Origin: Bugula neritina | Lineage: Eukaryota > Animalia > Bryozoa | Length of the DNA stretch: 64,000 nt | Direction: 5' to 3' | NCBI GenBank assembly: GCA_964035545.1 | Contig: OZ037771.1 | Coordinates: forward strand, 1,375,628-1,439,627 | Part shown: positions 13,277 to 26,900 of the stretch, in pieces | Position numbering within the stretch: the stretch's first letter is position 1 | Layout of the letters: the number at the start of each line of letters is the position of its first letter | Position numbers and translations under genes: made by a program | Notes under the pieces: generated by a model | What the model was told of the DNA's origin: nothing | Seen by the model: only the letters and a program-made list of their open reading frames with translations | Database searches by the model: none

Positions 13277-16200
13277 ATGCTTTTCTCAGCTATCATTGCT
13301 TTGCTTATAGTGAGTACATTACTTCCAGTTATATATATCTGAATTACTATAAAGAAATAATAATATTTATTATATCAACAAATCAAAATTTTAACTCAAG
13401 AATAAGAACTATATTATTTTTCAAGTTTAAATTGCATTGGGTAGTTTTATCAGCATCGTATTACCATTAAATAAAATTGGTGTATAGCCCGAGTTTTGAA
13501 CAATTATACACAGTTAATTAAAATTTGGGCTTTGGAAAATTTATTGTTGCAATGCCTTGCTAGAACTTTTTTGCATGATGTTAACTTTAGTACCGGTATG
13601 TAAGTATATTTAAGTACTTATACAATGTAAAAAGTATTGTGATTAATTACGTTGTATTTACAGAGCTACTCATGTGCAGATTATGATGGAACTCTGTACA
13701 ACTCCCACTGCGAAGCTCTCAACTTTTGTACGAAGGAAAACATGCACGAAGCTCTTAAGGCACAGGGGTTAGACTTTACCACCAGGTCTAAAGTTATTAA
13801 GGAATCACTGAGTTTAGGGAGACGGTGTAGCTGCCACCCAACCTGCAACTACTTTGAAACTTGTTGCTTAGATTATAAAACAACTTCGATTGTAAATGTA
13901 AGTTTATTATGATTTTTGCTTCCTGTGAGCTACATTTCTTGTAAGATATGAGAAATTCAATAGCAATGCGTTTTCTATCAGCAATACTTACTCTAACACA
14001 CATACAACTTGTATTATATGAAGGTTGATGTGAAGAGTTCTAGCAAATGTCTGGGATTACCATCTGGCTCCGGGACTCGGGTGGTAGACAGGTGCCCCTT
14101 AAAAACTTCAAGAAAGCTACAGAAACTATGTGAAGGTTAGTTGCAGGCAATAATAATATTTCTCACAAAGTTATAAAACAGCAGAAGAATGATGGGGAGA
14201 TAAATTCCTAATAATATGCAGGCTTCTCTGTTTTATCTCTCACTTTAAGCCTAGGGCCACACGGTGCGTATTTTCGCATGCGAAAATTGAAATCACAAGT
14301 AGCAAAGGTGTCCACTGTGCGCGTTGAGAAAACCTTCGCACTTGTCGCTCTGCATTTTCAACGCAAGTGCGAATCGTCTCTGTCGTCGTCACCTAATTGG
14401 CTGGTAGCTATTCAGCGAGCCCAATTTCTTTATTTAGTGCTATATTCCAGTAAATTGCGTTTTATTGAAAGCGAGTGCGATTTAAAAATGAAAGCTTTAT
14501 TTATCACGCATCACTGACGCTACAGTGGACACCTTTGCTACTCGTGATTTTAATTTTCGCATGCGAAAATACGCACAGTGTGGCCCTAGGCTAAGTTGTT
14601 AAAGTCTTGTTGCCATGACTACCTTTTGCATCATACTGATACCTTGCTGTGTCATGCTGATACCTTGCTGTGTTATACTGATACCTTGTTGTGTCATGCT
14701 GATACCTTGCTGTGTCATGCTGATACCTTGCTGTGTCATGCTGATACCTTGCTGTGTCATGCTGATACCTTGTTGTGTCATGCTGATACCTTGCTGTGTC
14801 ATGCTGATACCTCGTTGTGTTATGCTGATACCTTGCTGTGTCATGCTGATACCTTGCATAGCTTAATAAGCAATCATCAATGTTTAAAATAACAGACTTT
14901 CCTTCAAATTTTTGCACAAAATATATATGGGGAAATTAATTTAACAAAACTCATGCAAACTGATATATGTTCAATTTCATACAATTTTCCTTTGTTTTTA
15001 TCTTAACTGCAGTTGTTTTACTGTATTAAAATATTTTGCATTTGTTAAAAATTCATTAATGAAATGAATTTACTATGTTTTCCTTAAACAGTTTGGCGTC
15101 TAACTGTAACAATTCTTTATAAGGTTAATGTAAAAGACAATATTGCATAGTTGACAGGGGCTAATAACTAACTAGATTTAAAACTCTGAATTACTTTTCA
15201 GACTCTAACAAGTTGCCATCAGACATGAAAACTTATCCAGTGGAGGTTGACAGGGGCACCTTGGCGTACGTGACGTCACTGAAGACACTGTTGACATACA
15301 AGAACAGGTACTGCGCCCTCTGCTCTCTGGAAGATAAGACAGACCTGCTAGAGTGGTCTCTTCAGGCTAATCCTCAGTGCAGACCCAGGAGAGGGTAAGA
15401 CACATAGAAACTAGAAACTTACTTTATGCATGATAAGTATGAATGTTAAAGGTAGCTCCTCTATTCTCCCCTTGTTTAAATCTTGTTGTTGATCTCTAAT
15501 GAACAATAATTCAAGTATTTCAGTAACATATGTTGACCAGGTTTTTTAACAACTTTTTCTGCCATCAAAAACTTGACTACACACTTGTAACCATTGGTTA
15601 TTGCTTTTATGATTTTAACTTACTGCATTAAATTATCTAATGCAAGGGCAAATGCACTTATTGTTGAACTGTTGATAGATAAACTTTTTATGTTATAGGG
15701 CACCTTGCAAACTTGTTCAAATCCCACCACAAACAGGAAATCAAGATGGTAGCCATTTCCTGCCACCGGGATTCTACACAGAGCAGAAGTACCTGTTTTC
15801 TACTCCAGGGGTGGATAATGTTTGTGAGGAGAAGATTATCAGGAATTGTCCAGACTATGCAGAAAAGGGTAAATGTTGAACCAGCTGTGAGAATCTATGC
15901 ACCATGTTGTAAAATTGCCCAACTTACTAAACATGAAATATTATTATTGTTTAGAATTTAAAGTTGCTTTGAAGGTTTTAATTAGCTTTCAATAGTTTAA
16001 TAATTCAATTCATTGCTGTTTTGCAGAGTTAACTACACAGTGTATCACTGAACAGACATCTTTAGTGCAGGACAGTCAGACGCTGCAGATCTATGCTAAT
16101 GTTCACTGCGCCAAATGCCACAACGTGTATCAGCTCAAAACATGTGATGAAGCACAATTGGTGTCTGACACCCCCAACTTTGAGGAGACTGATGCTGTCT

Positions 16201-17297
16201 TGTCACATCTGGGAGCTAAGAGACAGGATGTAGAACAAACACGTATTGCCCAATCACTGGATGCTGTGTTTCTACCTGAGTCACAACTCGTTCCTAATAA
16301 CCCTAAAGGGATAGCTGGTTTAGCAGAGGGTATTTTGCAAGGTGGTATTGGCGAGTTTGGGAGTGGCAATGCACTGTTTCCAGGCAACGACAGACAATTA
16401 TTGAGAGAGGGTCATCTCTTCAGTTCAAAGGACTATTTATCCACAAGAAGTACAATTACTGGCAGCACTGTCAGCAGTAGTACTCCAGATGGCCTTTCTG
16501 CTGCAGCATCTTATTCAACTGAGAGTACAACAACAGGAAGTTCAACAACAGGAAGTTCAACAACAGGAAGTACAACAACAGGAAGTTCAACAACAGGAAG
16601 TACATCAACAGGAAGTACAACAACAGGAAGTACATCAACAGGAAGTACAACAACAGGAAGTACAACAGGAAGTACAACAACAGGAAGTACAACAACAGGA
16701 AGTTCAACAACAGGAAGTGCAACAACAGGAAGTACAGCAACAGGAAGTGCATATGCTGGAAGTACACCACATACACATGTGGCCGCTGCATTTGCCGATA
16801 ATGATCAGAGTAGTGGCATCACTTCGTATATCAGCAGTTCAAGCAGCAGCAGTAGCAGCAGCACAACTACAGAAGGCACTAGTACATCTACTACTGATGA
16901 ATACGACAGCACAACTACAGAAGGTACTAGTACATCTACTACTGACGCATACAGAAGCACAACTACAGAAGGCACTAGTACATCTACTACCAATGGATAC
17001 GACAGCACCACTACAGAAGGCACTAGTACATCTACTACTACTGGATACGACAGCACCACTACAGGCGTGTATACATCAACATCCACAGAAAGCAGTGCTA
17101 CACCGACAACAACTATCTGGAGAACAACTGCTAAAATTACGAAGGCACCAAGACTCAAGCCAAAGTTTCCTGTTGCACCAGAAGCACCCTTCAAAGTTCC
17201 ACACAACAAAAAAGAGACAGTTTATAAAAAGCCAGATTTCGGCTTAATTAACAACTTTCATAACTTAAAGTCCAGGATGAAGTTCTTAACAATTTAA
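13277..17297 (+). CDS. Secreted somatomedin-B domain protein with two Mth-like/adhesion-GPCR-type YxNxxCAxC Cys repeats and a Ser/Thr mucin-like tail (670 aa)
   Basis: Exons 13277-13309, 13664-13897, 14024-14135, 15202-15394, 15699-15868, 16027-17297, all phase-consistent. Signal peptide [16 protein letters not shown]; SMB motif [17 protein letters not shown]; [19 protein letters not shown] and [10 protein letters not shown]; TTGS(S/T) and [16 protein letters not shown] repeats; basic tail; no TM segment. Confidence 0.8.
14249..14591. mobile_element. PIF/Harbinger-type (Tourist-like) MITE, copy 1
   Basis: ~65-bp TIRs beginning GCCTAGGGCCACAC, TAA target-site duplication on both sides, near-identical inverted copy at 26932-27275. 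Confidence 0.9.
14630..14858. repeat. 21-bp minisatellite (TGCTGATACCTTGCTGTGTCA)n
   Basis: About 11 tandem copies; gives repetitive ORFs in several frames. Confidence 0.95.
16526..17065 (+). repeat. Coding tandem repeats: 15-bp (TTGSS/T) block and 48-bp ([16 protein letters not shown]) block
   Basis: In-frame repeats inside the last exon of the SMB gene. Confidence 0.9.
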
Positions 17298-17726
17298 TAT
17301 GAGCATTTTCTTATGACCTTTGTTATTCAGCTTTCATCTATCCGTTTAATTGTTACAAATCTGTTCACATGTATTGGTATACAAATATTATTCAATATGA
17401 AATTGAATTGCTTTTATTAAATAACATGTATGTACTTTTTCAAACAGGTTTTGTTAGCTTTTTACAGTAATTCTCATACTATAATAATATAATAAGAATC
17501 TACATAATATAGTGTATAGAACAACTTAAATTTACATAAAATATAATATTGTTACTAAAAATAATTATCTAGACTTCTTATGTACACTGTAGGACAACTG
17601 TGCATCAATCAATAGAAAAATAAATATCCTAAAACTATGTTAAAAATAAAACTCAATAAAAGACAGTGGGCTAATATTCCAACAACAAAATTATCATTAT
17701 CTTCAACAACTGTAATCAAACAAGGT

Positions 17727-17888
17727 AGGTACAGTAATGGAAAAACTGAGAAAAACCTGTGTTCTAGATTAAAAATGTAGCAAAAGAAGTTATGTTCTTG
17801 CGAGAATGTCAACTTGCGCCCCAAACAAAAATGCATAAATAAAATTAAAAAATGTAGGCTATCTCAATTTCTCCACCACTGCCCTAAA
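17727..17888. mobile_element. ~165-bp dispersed MITE-like family (other copies ~37890-38048 inverted, ~53770-53931, partial ~6105-6175)
   Basis: Shared core GTGTTCTAGATTA..TGTAGCAAAAGAAGTT..TAGGCTATCTCAATTT and imperfect terminal inverted repeats (CAGTAATGGAAAAACTGAGA / TCTCAATTTCTCCACCACTG). Confidence 0.75.
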
Positions 17889-17943
17889 TCAATTAAACAG
17901 ATTTTATTAAAAGTTACCAACATACATGTGATAGAGTTTAGAG

Positions 17944-20900
17944 TCATAGTCCAGTCTCACTCTCTGAAGGCTCACACAGGCTACTTCCTTCTGCGGGCAG
18001 CAGACATGACGCCTCGGAAGTTTCTCCTTGTTTAAGGCTAAGATCTTGCTGAGCTTTAATAGTACTCAGCAGTGGATCCTCGTCGTCTCCGGTGTTGGGA
18101 GACTGACCGAACTGGTTGGTGAAGTTTGATTGGTTAGAAGCAGATGACCTTCCAGAGTGTCCTTGACCCAGCACCACACTAGCATTCTGACTGTCGGACT
18201 GAGAGGAGACGATCAGTGAAGGCGCAGATATGGGCTCTGATTCAGCTTTCTTTGGCTCTAACATTGGCACTGGAAGTCTTCAAATATAAAATTCATACAC
18301 AATGACTTTTTTGAAATGTCTAATTTTCAAAACCAATGTTCGTAAATCACGGTTCAACTATTTATGAAGAAGAAATTGAGCTACTTTACTAAATATTAAC
18401 TAGAATTGATGTACAATATAAAGCGTTAATATAATGAAACTTCTAAGGTAAAGCCAATTTTCTGACTAAGCCACTCACCTGGTTTTCCTGACTCTGATAA
18501 TGTGTATTAATCCCTTGTAGTGGAGTATTTTGTTGATAACTAGAGAGAGAATGTGTATTATAGCCACTGTGTCAATGTAGAACGTTAGCATTGTAATGAA
18601 ACTCGTTATCAGAGAAATTATGGAGTCTGTAAAACTTTGAATCTTCAATGACACCAGTTCAGCATTCAATCCATCAGTTTCTGTAAAAAACAGTTTTGCA
18701 GTTCTTTACCCAAAATAGCAAGTATATCCTTATATACAAGTTGCTTTTATATTAACTGGTGAATTAAGAGTCACAATTTCATCTTGTACTCATTTGTTGA
18801 AACGCAAACATAAGCATATAAACACTTAAAGTGATTCTAATTTTGGAATATAATATCTGTCATAGTTGATTACAGGATGACAGTAAAAAGATGTTAGCAG
18901 TTAGAAAAAGTAGACGAATGTGTGACTTTAAGATTTACCGGTGAACTGAATGGCTTCTATAGGGAATGACTGGCAAGGCAGAACACTCATATTTAGCTGA
19001 AGGGGCAGATATGAGCAGTGCTCTATCAGTCTATCATCCAGCACACATAGCTTGTTGTTGTAATCTTGCAATGACCAGTCCTACAAAATATATGATATCC
19101 TTTAGATTTGGAGTTGTCAATCCAATAACTTTTAAGTTAGCAATGCTTCTTTGTAGAAAGATTCTCAAAAGAATTACTAGTAAACTTACCAAGTCAGACT
19201 CGAGCAAGGATTTGATTTTCGTTATATGATGAAGGTGAAGGTTAAATTCGTCCACCAGCGTGTCTTGAGCTGATTGGCTGATCATGTGAGCATGCGTAGT
19301 GAGGTAAGAGTTCACCACAGACGTGTACATGCCGATGTGCGAGATCATAGAGTCTATGTTAGTTAGTTGTATCATGCTGTTGTACGTGACTAGCTCATTG
19401 AGAAGGGAGATCACAATGATAGCCATCACTTGACTGCCTAGCCACAGTATTACTGGAGTCACGTATTTACTCAGCAGGACTTTGCAGACTTTGTTAGTTG
19501 TACAGCTGTCAGGACTCTGTGACGTCACATCCTTCTGCTCCTCGTCACTCTGAACAGAACGAGGCTGCTGATTAGCTGAAACAGAACTGTCAGCCTTGTC
19601 ACTAAGTACCGATGGAGTTTTTACTTTACGCAAAGTTGACCCAGCGACACTCGCAACTCGAGACGAGTTCTCCTCTCCTCCCCGTCTCTCCGCCTTCTCA
19701 GAGAGAACACTACCGGCTCTACTTGTGGCTCTACTGGTGCACCGGCTGCCCAGAGCTCTTTCGTTGCCCTTAGCAACAGATAGCTCCGTCTCTGACTCAT
19801 CACCCCGCCTCTTCCTATTAACCCTGGGTGCCTCGGCATCAGAGTCTTGCATAGACTGAGCCCTGCTGCCTAAGTTCCTAGTCCGACTTTGCCTCTCCAA
19901 GTCGGAATGGTAGGTGGACGTTCCCGTCTCAGATTGGGATCGACTTCTTTGCTTTTGCAATATTTTGGAGTTGCCCGCTTCTTGAAGATTCAAATTCTCA
20001 TCCACCTGTTCAACATCATCTAGCAGACTTCTACTCATTTCTTCGTCTCCAACAATCTGTACAATTGAGAGCTCAATGAATAATTAACACGGACCTGCAT
20101 TGAATAGGTACTCTAATCTATTTCAACTGCATCAGACATAAAAACTAAAATATTATTTATAAACACCCAACCAGTTTGCATCTCAGAATAATTATACAGA
20201 TTATTAATGAGATAGAAGCTACCACAGTTCTGTTACGGCTCACTATAATATTCACAAACCAACTTGTATTGCAAATGCTTAGCTAGTTTTTTTTTCAACA
20301 TGAAGAAATTGTTTGCACAAAGTCAACCTTTCTTAGTGTTGACAATATATAAATTAAAATGTACCATGCAGCACCTAGCAAATTATAGAAGACATGTAAA
20401 TAGTAGGAAATGAATACAGCAATTGTTATGTAATTCCTTTGAGCCTACTGCCTAAAGACAGACTGTACTGTACCTGCTTCTTAATGAGTGTCATTTCTAT
20501 CTGCAGATTATCTCTTCTGATGCTTGCAGCAGATTTGATGTTATCTGCAGAACTAATCTCCACTTCTTCAGCAAACCCACAATTTAACCTGTATTGAGAG
20601 AATTGAAGTGATTGGCTAAAACAATATTGTCTAATCTTCAAATTATCAGCATTTGACGAATAATGTTATTCAAATAAATATAATAATAAAATAGTTACCT
20701 GTATACTGTGTGACTCAGACTACACATGCGGTATATAAAGAGGAGAATGTCGCATACAGCAACTATGATGTAAAGTATTGCCGTTGATCCGGAGGTTTTG
20801 ATTTTCAACTCTTTTTCAATAGAGAAAGCTGGCTTGGAGGCTCTATAAATAAACACCATGTGTTGTAGAAACGCTATAGTATGTCATATTGTAATATTGT

Positions 20901-23900
20901 ATAAAGTTGCGAGTTGTAGCGTATATTAAAGGATATAACTAAATATTAGAATATCTAAAATGTAAGGCTATACAAAAATGCAGAGAGTTACTTAAGAAAA
21001 AGGCTCAAACAGTACATTTTCTAAAAAAGCTACATAGAACTAAGGACGAAGTTTTAAAAACTAAGGCTAAGGTGTTTGAAATCAGCCAATTTATGAATTC
21101 AGCCTCAAAAAAGTGTAGACAACTTTAGCTTAAAGAGCTTATGTCTTTCCTTATATAAGAGACAAATTCAGGGACATTTTTAGGTTGCAAGATTAGCTAT
21201 TTTATGTGCTTGTAGTTTCATAGGTATAGTTCTAAATTTATTGGGGACTATGTATAGGAATATGTTAAGCCTCCACACTCCAATACAATGTAGTGACTCT
21301 AGTAATGGTACTAAGGCTACAGGAAATAGTAAACACAACTCACGTTCCACTATCAGAGTACTTCTTTAGAGTAAATGTTGAGAGACTGTCCGTATTTAGA
21401 TCTTGTAGTATTCCAAGACCGATATTCTTTTCAATTTCTACCATCATGCCCTGGTATACCAGATCTAGTTGCCTGTAACACAATCGTATGTTGAATTGTA
21501 CTGAAAGTGTATAAAAATAAAACCCAATTCATGACATTGGACAAAAATCGAGTGCATGAAAACTTCAAAGTTTCTGCGATTAGAAAAATGAGAAAATAAA
21601 ACAACAATCAACTATGGCGAGTTTTGAAACTCTTGTGATCTTGATCAGTCATCGTTGTTTATAATTAATACAAAATTTATAAATTATAAGCCGTTAAACA
21701 GTGCACAGTAAGTATATCAACTTTTGAACATAAAGTTAAAATGAAATAATACATCATATACAGAGAGAGAGTTATACATATAGAGAGAGAGTTATACATA
21801 TACGGAGAGAAAGTTATACATATACAGAGAGAGAACTATACATATACAGAGAGAGAGTTATACATATACAGAGAGAGAACTATACATATACAGAAAGAGA
21901 GAATTATACATATACAGAGAGAGAGTTATACATATACAGAGAGAGAGTTATACATATACAGAGAGAGAACTATACATATATAGAGAGAGAGTTATACATA
22001 TACAGAGAGAGAACTATACATATACAGAGAGAGAACTATACATATATAGAGAGAGAGTTATACATATACAGAGAGAGAGTTATACATGTACAGAGAGAGA
22101 ACTATACATATACAGAAAGAGAGAGATATATACATACAGAGAGAGAGAGATATACATATACAGAGAGAGTTATACATGTACAGAGAGAGAACTATACATA
22201 TACAGAGAGAGAGTTATACATATACAGAGAGAGAGAGTTATACATATACAGAGAGAGAGTTATACATATACAGAGAGAGAACTATACATATACAGAGAGA
22301 GAGTTATACATATACAGAGAGAGAGTTATACATATACAGAAAGGTAACTATACATATACAGAAAGAGAGAGTTATACATGTACAGAGAGAGAACTATACA
22401 TATACAGAGAGAGAGTTATACATATACAGAGAGAGAGTTATACATATACAGAAAGGTAACTATACATATACAGAAAGAGAGAGTTATACATATACAGAGA
22501 GAGAGTTATACATATACAGAGAGAGAGTTATACATATACAGAGAGAGAACTATACATATACAGAGAGAGAGTTATACATATACAGAGAGAGAGTTATACA
22601 TATACGAGCTACTAGGTAAATAACACTCACTGGTATAAGAGTTGGACCTGTTGCAACGCACTGGCTGGTCTATCTACTCCGAGATACGACAGGAAGTCTA
22701 CAGCCTCCGCACTTAATAAATCCCTTCCGTATTTAGCTCGGCTAGTTTTGTTGGCGGTGAGTTTATAATTGAGGAACGGGATATTCAGCCAGGAGTTGTC
22801 TACCATTTCGTCGAGTAGCCTGTTATAGTCTGAGAATATGTCTGCAATTTGAGCGTCTACATCTTTCTTGTGCTACAAAACAGTATTGAAATGTGAAAGA
22901 ATAATATACCAGGAAATAAAATACAATGAGGTTGCATTTATTATAAGAAATGTTAATTATTTTTTAATTATACTTAAATTATCATTTTAGATTAGCAAAA
23001 CTAGTAATCTATGTTCACTAATAATAAAAAAGGTATTTGCATGTTCTTAGAGTATGAGCAGTGAACTGACAGCATGTATGAAGGTCAGAGTTACCTTGTC
23101 TATTTGAGTTTTAGTCGCTTTTAAATACTCTTGAATTTCTGTCATCAGACGATCGAACTTTCGGGTTTCAATATCCTCCTTAATTTTCTGCAGAACTTCC
23201 GAGTAATGTAAAACAAAGGCTCTCATAGAGTTAACCGTATTTAACGAGCATTCACTGCATGCACTCAACCGCTCGCTTCTCATCTCGTGTTGTCTCTTTA
23301 ACTCTTGTTGCTTAAAGTCAGTCACAGCTTGAATATTCCTCTGCACCATCTGCTTAATTTCAATATGGTAGGCGGGCATTTCATTGATATGTTCTAAATC
23401 CTGACGACAGACGAGTTGCAGTAGCAGAACAAGCACAGTGAGAGAAAACACTACAGAGTATATAATTTTGAACACGCAGTACAGAGCCACTAATGTGTGA
23501 CGTCTAGCAGACGAATACTGGCATTCGTTAGTTAGTAAGTTGAATCTCGGTACGGATATGATTTTGTACGAGATGAAGAAGTAGACAATTCCAAACACCA
23601 CCCCTAGAACGGCTAGACAAATGAGCATAGCAAAGAACGTGATGGGATTTGAGTTTTTCGTGGTTTCCATGTTGTAGAGATCAATGGTGTTGTTTTGCCT
23701 GAGAGAGGTGCTGTAAGAGTATGTAGTCACGAAGTACGAGACAGTAGTGTGCGAGTCACGCAATGTCACAGCAAAGAGTTTGTCCTGGGAACCTTCCTCC
23801 GGAATCTTGAGGTCAAAGTTGAATGTGGGTAGAGAGTTGCTCAGTGCCGTACAGTATATCAGCGTATCATAGGTCGCTACAGTTAACTTAGCTGAAACAG

Positions 23901-26900
23901 GAAACACCATTATTGTTCAAAGTGCATCTTGGCTTTGATTAAACTTCTAACATTAAAAATGATTTACATGGACTCTTTTATAAACATAATACACAGTATT
24001 TAGTCAAAAGCTAAAGTATCTCTGCTGACATTTTGCGGCTGCCGAATATATTCAGATTGACTCACTAGTCTTGTCAAAGAGTGTGACAGCGAGGTAGCTG
24101 TTGCAAGAGGTCATGCTGCCAGATACTAGGATAGAGTAGGTGTAGAAAGGCTCATTCCTGTCTACCAGTCTTACTGAGACTGTCCCATAATCCAGTGTAG
24201 AGTTGAGGAAATAGTAGCCAAGCACTGATTGGCTCCCTAGAAATATATGCAAGAGTTTGGTAAAATAATTCTGTGCAAATTTTGGCAGTTCCAAAAGATG
24301 TTCTTTTAGCAACTTTTTTTTCTGAATTTTAAATTAGTACACATAATCAACCATTTTCCCAATCAAAGAGACACGATGTGTGCAGGAGATGATACTACCA
24401 AACCTGCCTTCAATATCTGTTAGATAGGCCACACAACAATGATACAACTCTCAGAGGCAAATAATTGACTAGTCAGGTCTTTAAAGTGTAAAAAATAAAA
24501 TAAGTAACGAGTGGTAGACAGAAAGTCGGTGTTCTATGAGACAGAAAGCCTGTGTTCTATGAAACAGAAAGCCTGTGTTCTATGAAACAGAAAGCCTGTG
24601 TTCTATGAGACAGAAAGCCTGTGTTCTATGAGACAGAAAGCCTGTGTTCTATGTGACAGAAAGCCTGTGTTCTATGCGACAGAAAGCCTGTGTTCAAGCA
24701 GATACCTGGCAAGACGATGTTCACGAGAGGTGACTTGTCTAAGGAGTGGATGTCATAGGAGAGCCCGCTGTTCTCTTTCACTTTGTACACCTAAACACAG
24801 TATCCGAGGCTATTACTACTCTATATACATTCTAACCAGGGTTCTCCCTAGATGGGAGGCTAGAAGTATCTGCCCCCACACATTTGCCTGGGAACAACCT
24901 TGATCTTTAATTGTAATTTTATATGTAGAACTTATTCATGTTTTATTTTTAACCAAATATAAAACTTTTATTATGATATGTGCAAAAAAATTGAAACAAT
25001 TTTTCGTTATTTAAAAGCTCTAGTCCACATCACATAGCACAAATATGCATATAGCAGATAAGAATTCTGTTTATGAGACAGTACCTGCACTCTTTGCCCT
25101 GAAGACTCATTGTACATGAGTTGTCTCCCATGTATTTTACTAGTGTCGGCGTAACATCCATGTTTGCTGTTGAAGTTCCACGTACTTATCTCAAATGGTC
25201 TTTCATTCTACAGAAAGTTATGCGCTATATATAATATACTATATAATATACTATATAATATAATATATACTATATGCCTACTATATGATATACTATATGA
25301 TATACTATATACTATACTATATGATATACTATATAATACACTATATGATATGCTATATGATATACTATATGATATACTATATGATATGCTATATGATATA
25401 CTATATGATAAATAACACTTAAATACTTAGCGTAGGGTCACACGAAGCGTTTTACAAGCGGGTGATGTGCGATAAAACCCTTACCCATACCCGTATAGAC
25501 CTGCCACACACAGTGCGTGTGTTGCGAGTGCAAAAATTTATTAGCTAATGATGGTAGCGTTAAACTTTACTGCTCGCCTACAGATGTTTGTTTATAAAAC
25601 TACGTCATCGGCAAAGTGATTTGAGATATTATAAAAGCGGTAATGCAAATTATACGAAACTGTTTTCATTCAGTTCGCTAACAGCTAAAACGTAAATTGA
25701 AATAAAAAAGTATGCTCGCTAAATGATAATAAGCCAATTAGATCAAACACACACGAGCTTCCCACACTTCTCGCTCAGCATGTTAGACGCATGAAAATCG
25801 CGCTCACGACGTACAATTTTTGGGCTAAACGGGATTTCTCGCATGCCACGCGTTTGTAAAACTCGCCGTGTAGCCCTACGCTTAGAGTTGATGTTATAAT
25901 ATACAATAATAGACATGTGATGTAAGTATAGGCAATGTGGGTTTGCAATTCAACTTCAATGTAGAATAATGATTATACACTATATTTAAAGCTGCATTTA
26001 CATATTATATGCTACGCAGTTGAAATATTGCTAAATGGCAAATACGTAGACAAACACTTGGAACAAAGTCTTTTATTGGGAAGAAAAGCTAATACATTTC
26101 TAAAGAAATATTCATGAGGTCGGTGAAATTTACCTACCAAAAGCAGTGCTTTGCTAGAAGGAAGGTCTTTGTAAAAAGCTTATTATTACGTTATAATTAA
26201 AGTTATATTTCTACATTACTACTGCATGTTATATAGAAGTTTATATACGTTAGAAGAAATATTATTTAGAAAATAGGTCAGCTAAAAATCAAAATAAAAT
26301 CATAATAAAGAAGAGAGACGAGAGAAACTCAACTGAAATACGCTGTACTTAAACAACAAATATATTTATATAGAAAGAACGTTCTAGAAAGGATTAGAAG
26401 AAAGGTCAAACCTGAAAGTCAGCACCAGCCAAAGTGTAGGACTGAGGTGGCATGCTAGGCTGCCCGTTCTGCATATACAAATGCACTGGCATAATAATAA
26501 CACGTGAAACTTTTGGAGCACAAGCTATGGTTTCCTATAAGCGGGTAACTCCAACATTTGCAATGGCTTATCACTTAGTTACATCTTAGTTAAAAATTTG
26601 CTTTTGATATTTTATTTTTCACTGAGCCTTGGCTTCGATCAGAGAATTAAAAAGATTCTAAATAAAACTAGTAGAAGAGAGAAATAGTTTGAGGGAACTA
26701 TTCTCAAGAAAGTGCGGGAGGTATGCAGTAGGAAACTGTAAAAGTATAGCAAATGATCTTAGGCTACGATAGACTATAAAATATGCATAGATATGTTATT
26801 TGAAATGTCCTATAAAACACTCTCTTATCTTTGTCAGTAGAAGAAACAATATTAATTTAACAAAGTACATCTATGTTCAAAATAAATTAGGAATGATTTA

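Noticed and set aside
14591-14917. Four repetitive ORFs, including a Cys-rich (CCVMLIP)n one
   Set aside because: Products of a 21-bp intronic minisatellite lacking stops; similar artefacts at 3435-3752, 22086-22623, 25164-25415 and 42268-42618.
16471-17247. Overlapping ORFs (EVQQQ)n, (YFLLL)n and the Val-rich antisense ORF
   Set aside because: Alternate-frame readings of the Ser/Thr coding repeats; only the 16027-17297 frame splices in phase with upstream exons.
18479-23645. Naming the 5-TM module DC-STAMP/DCST or prominin
   Set aside because: The FDN-YIT and RLR..I...FYP signatures of DC-STAMP are not present; only topology is similar, so no gene symbol was assigned.
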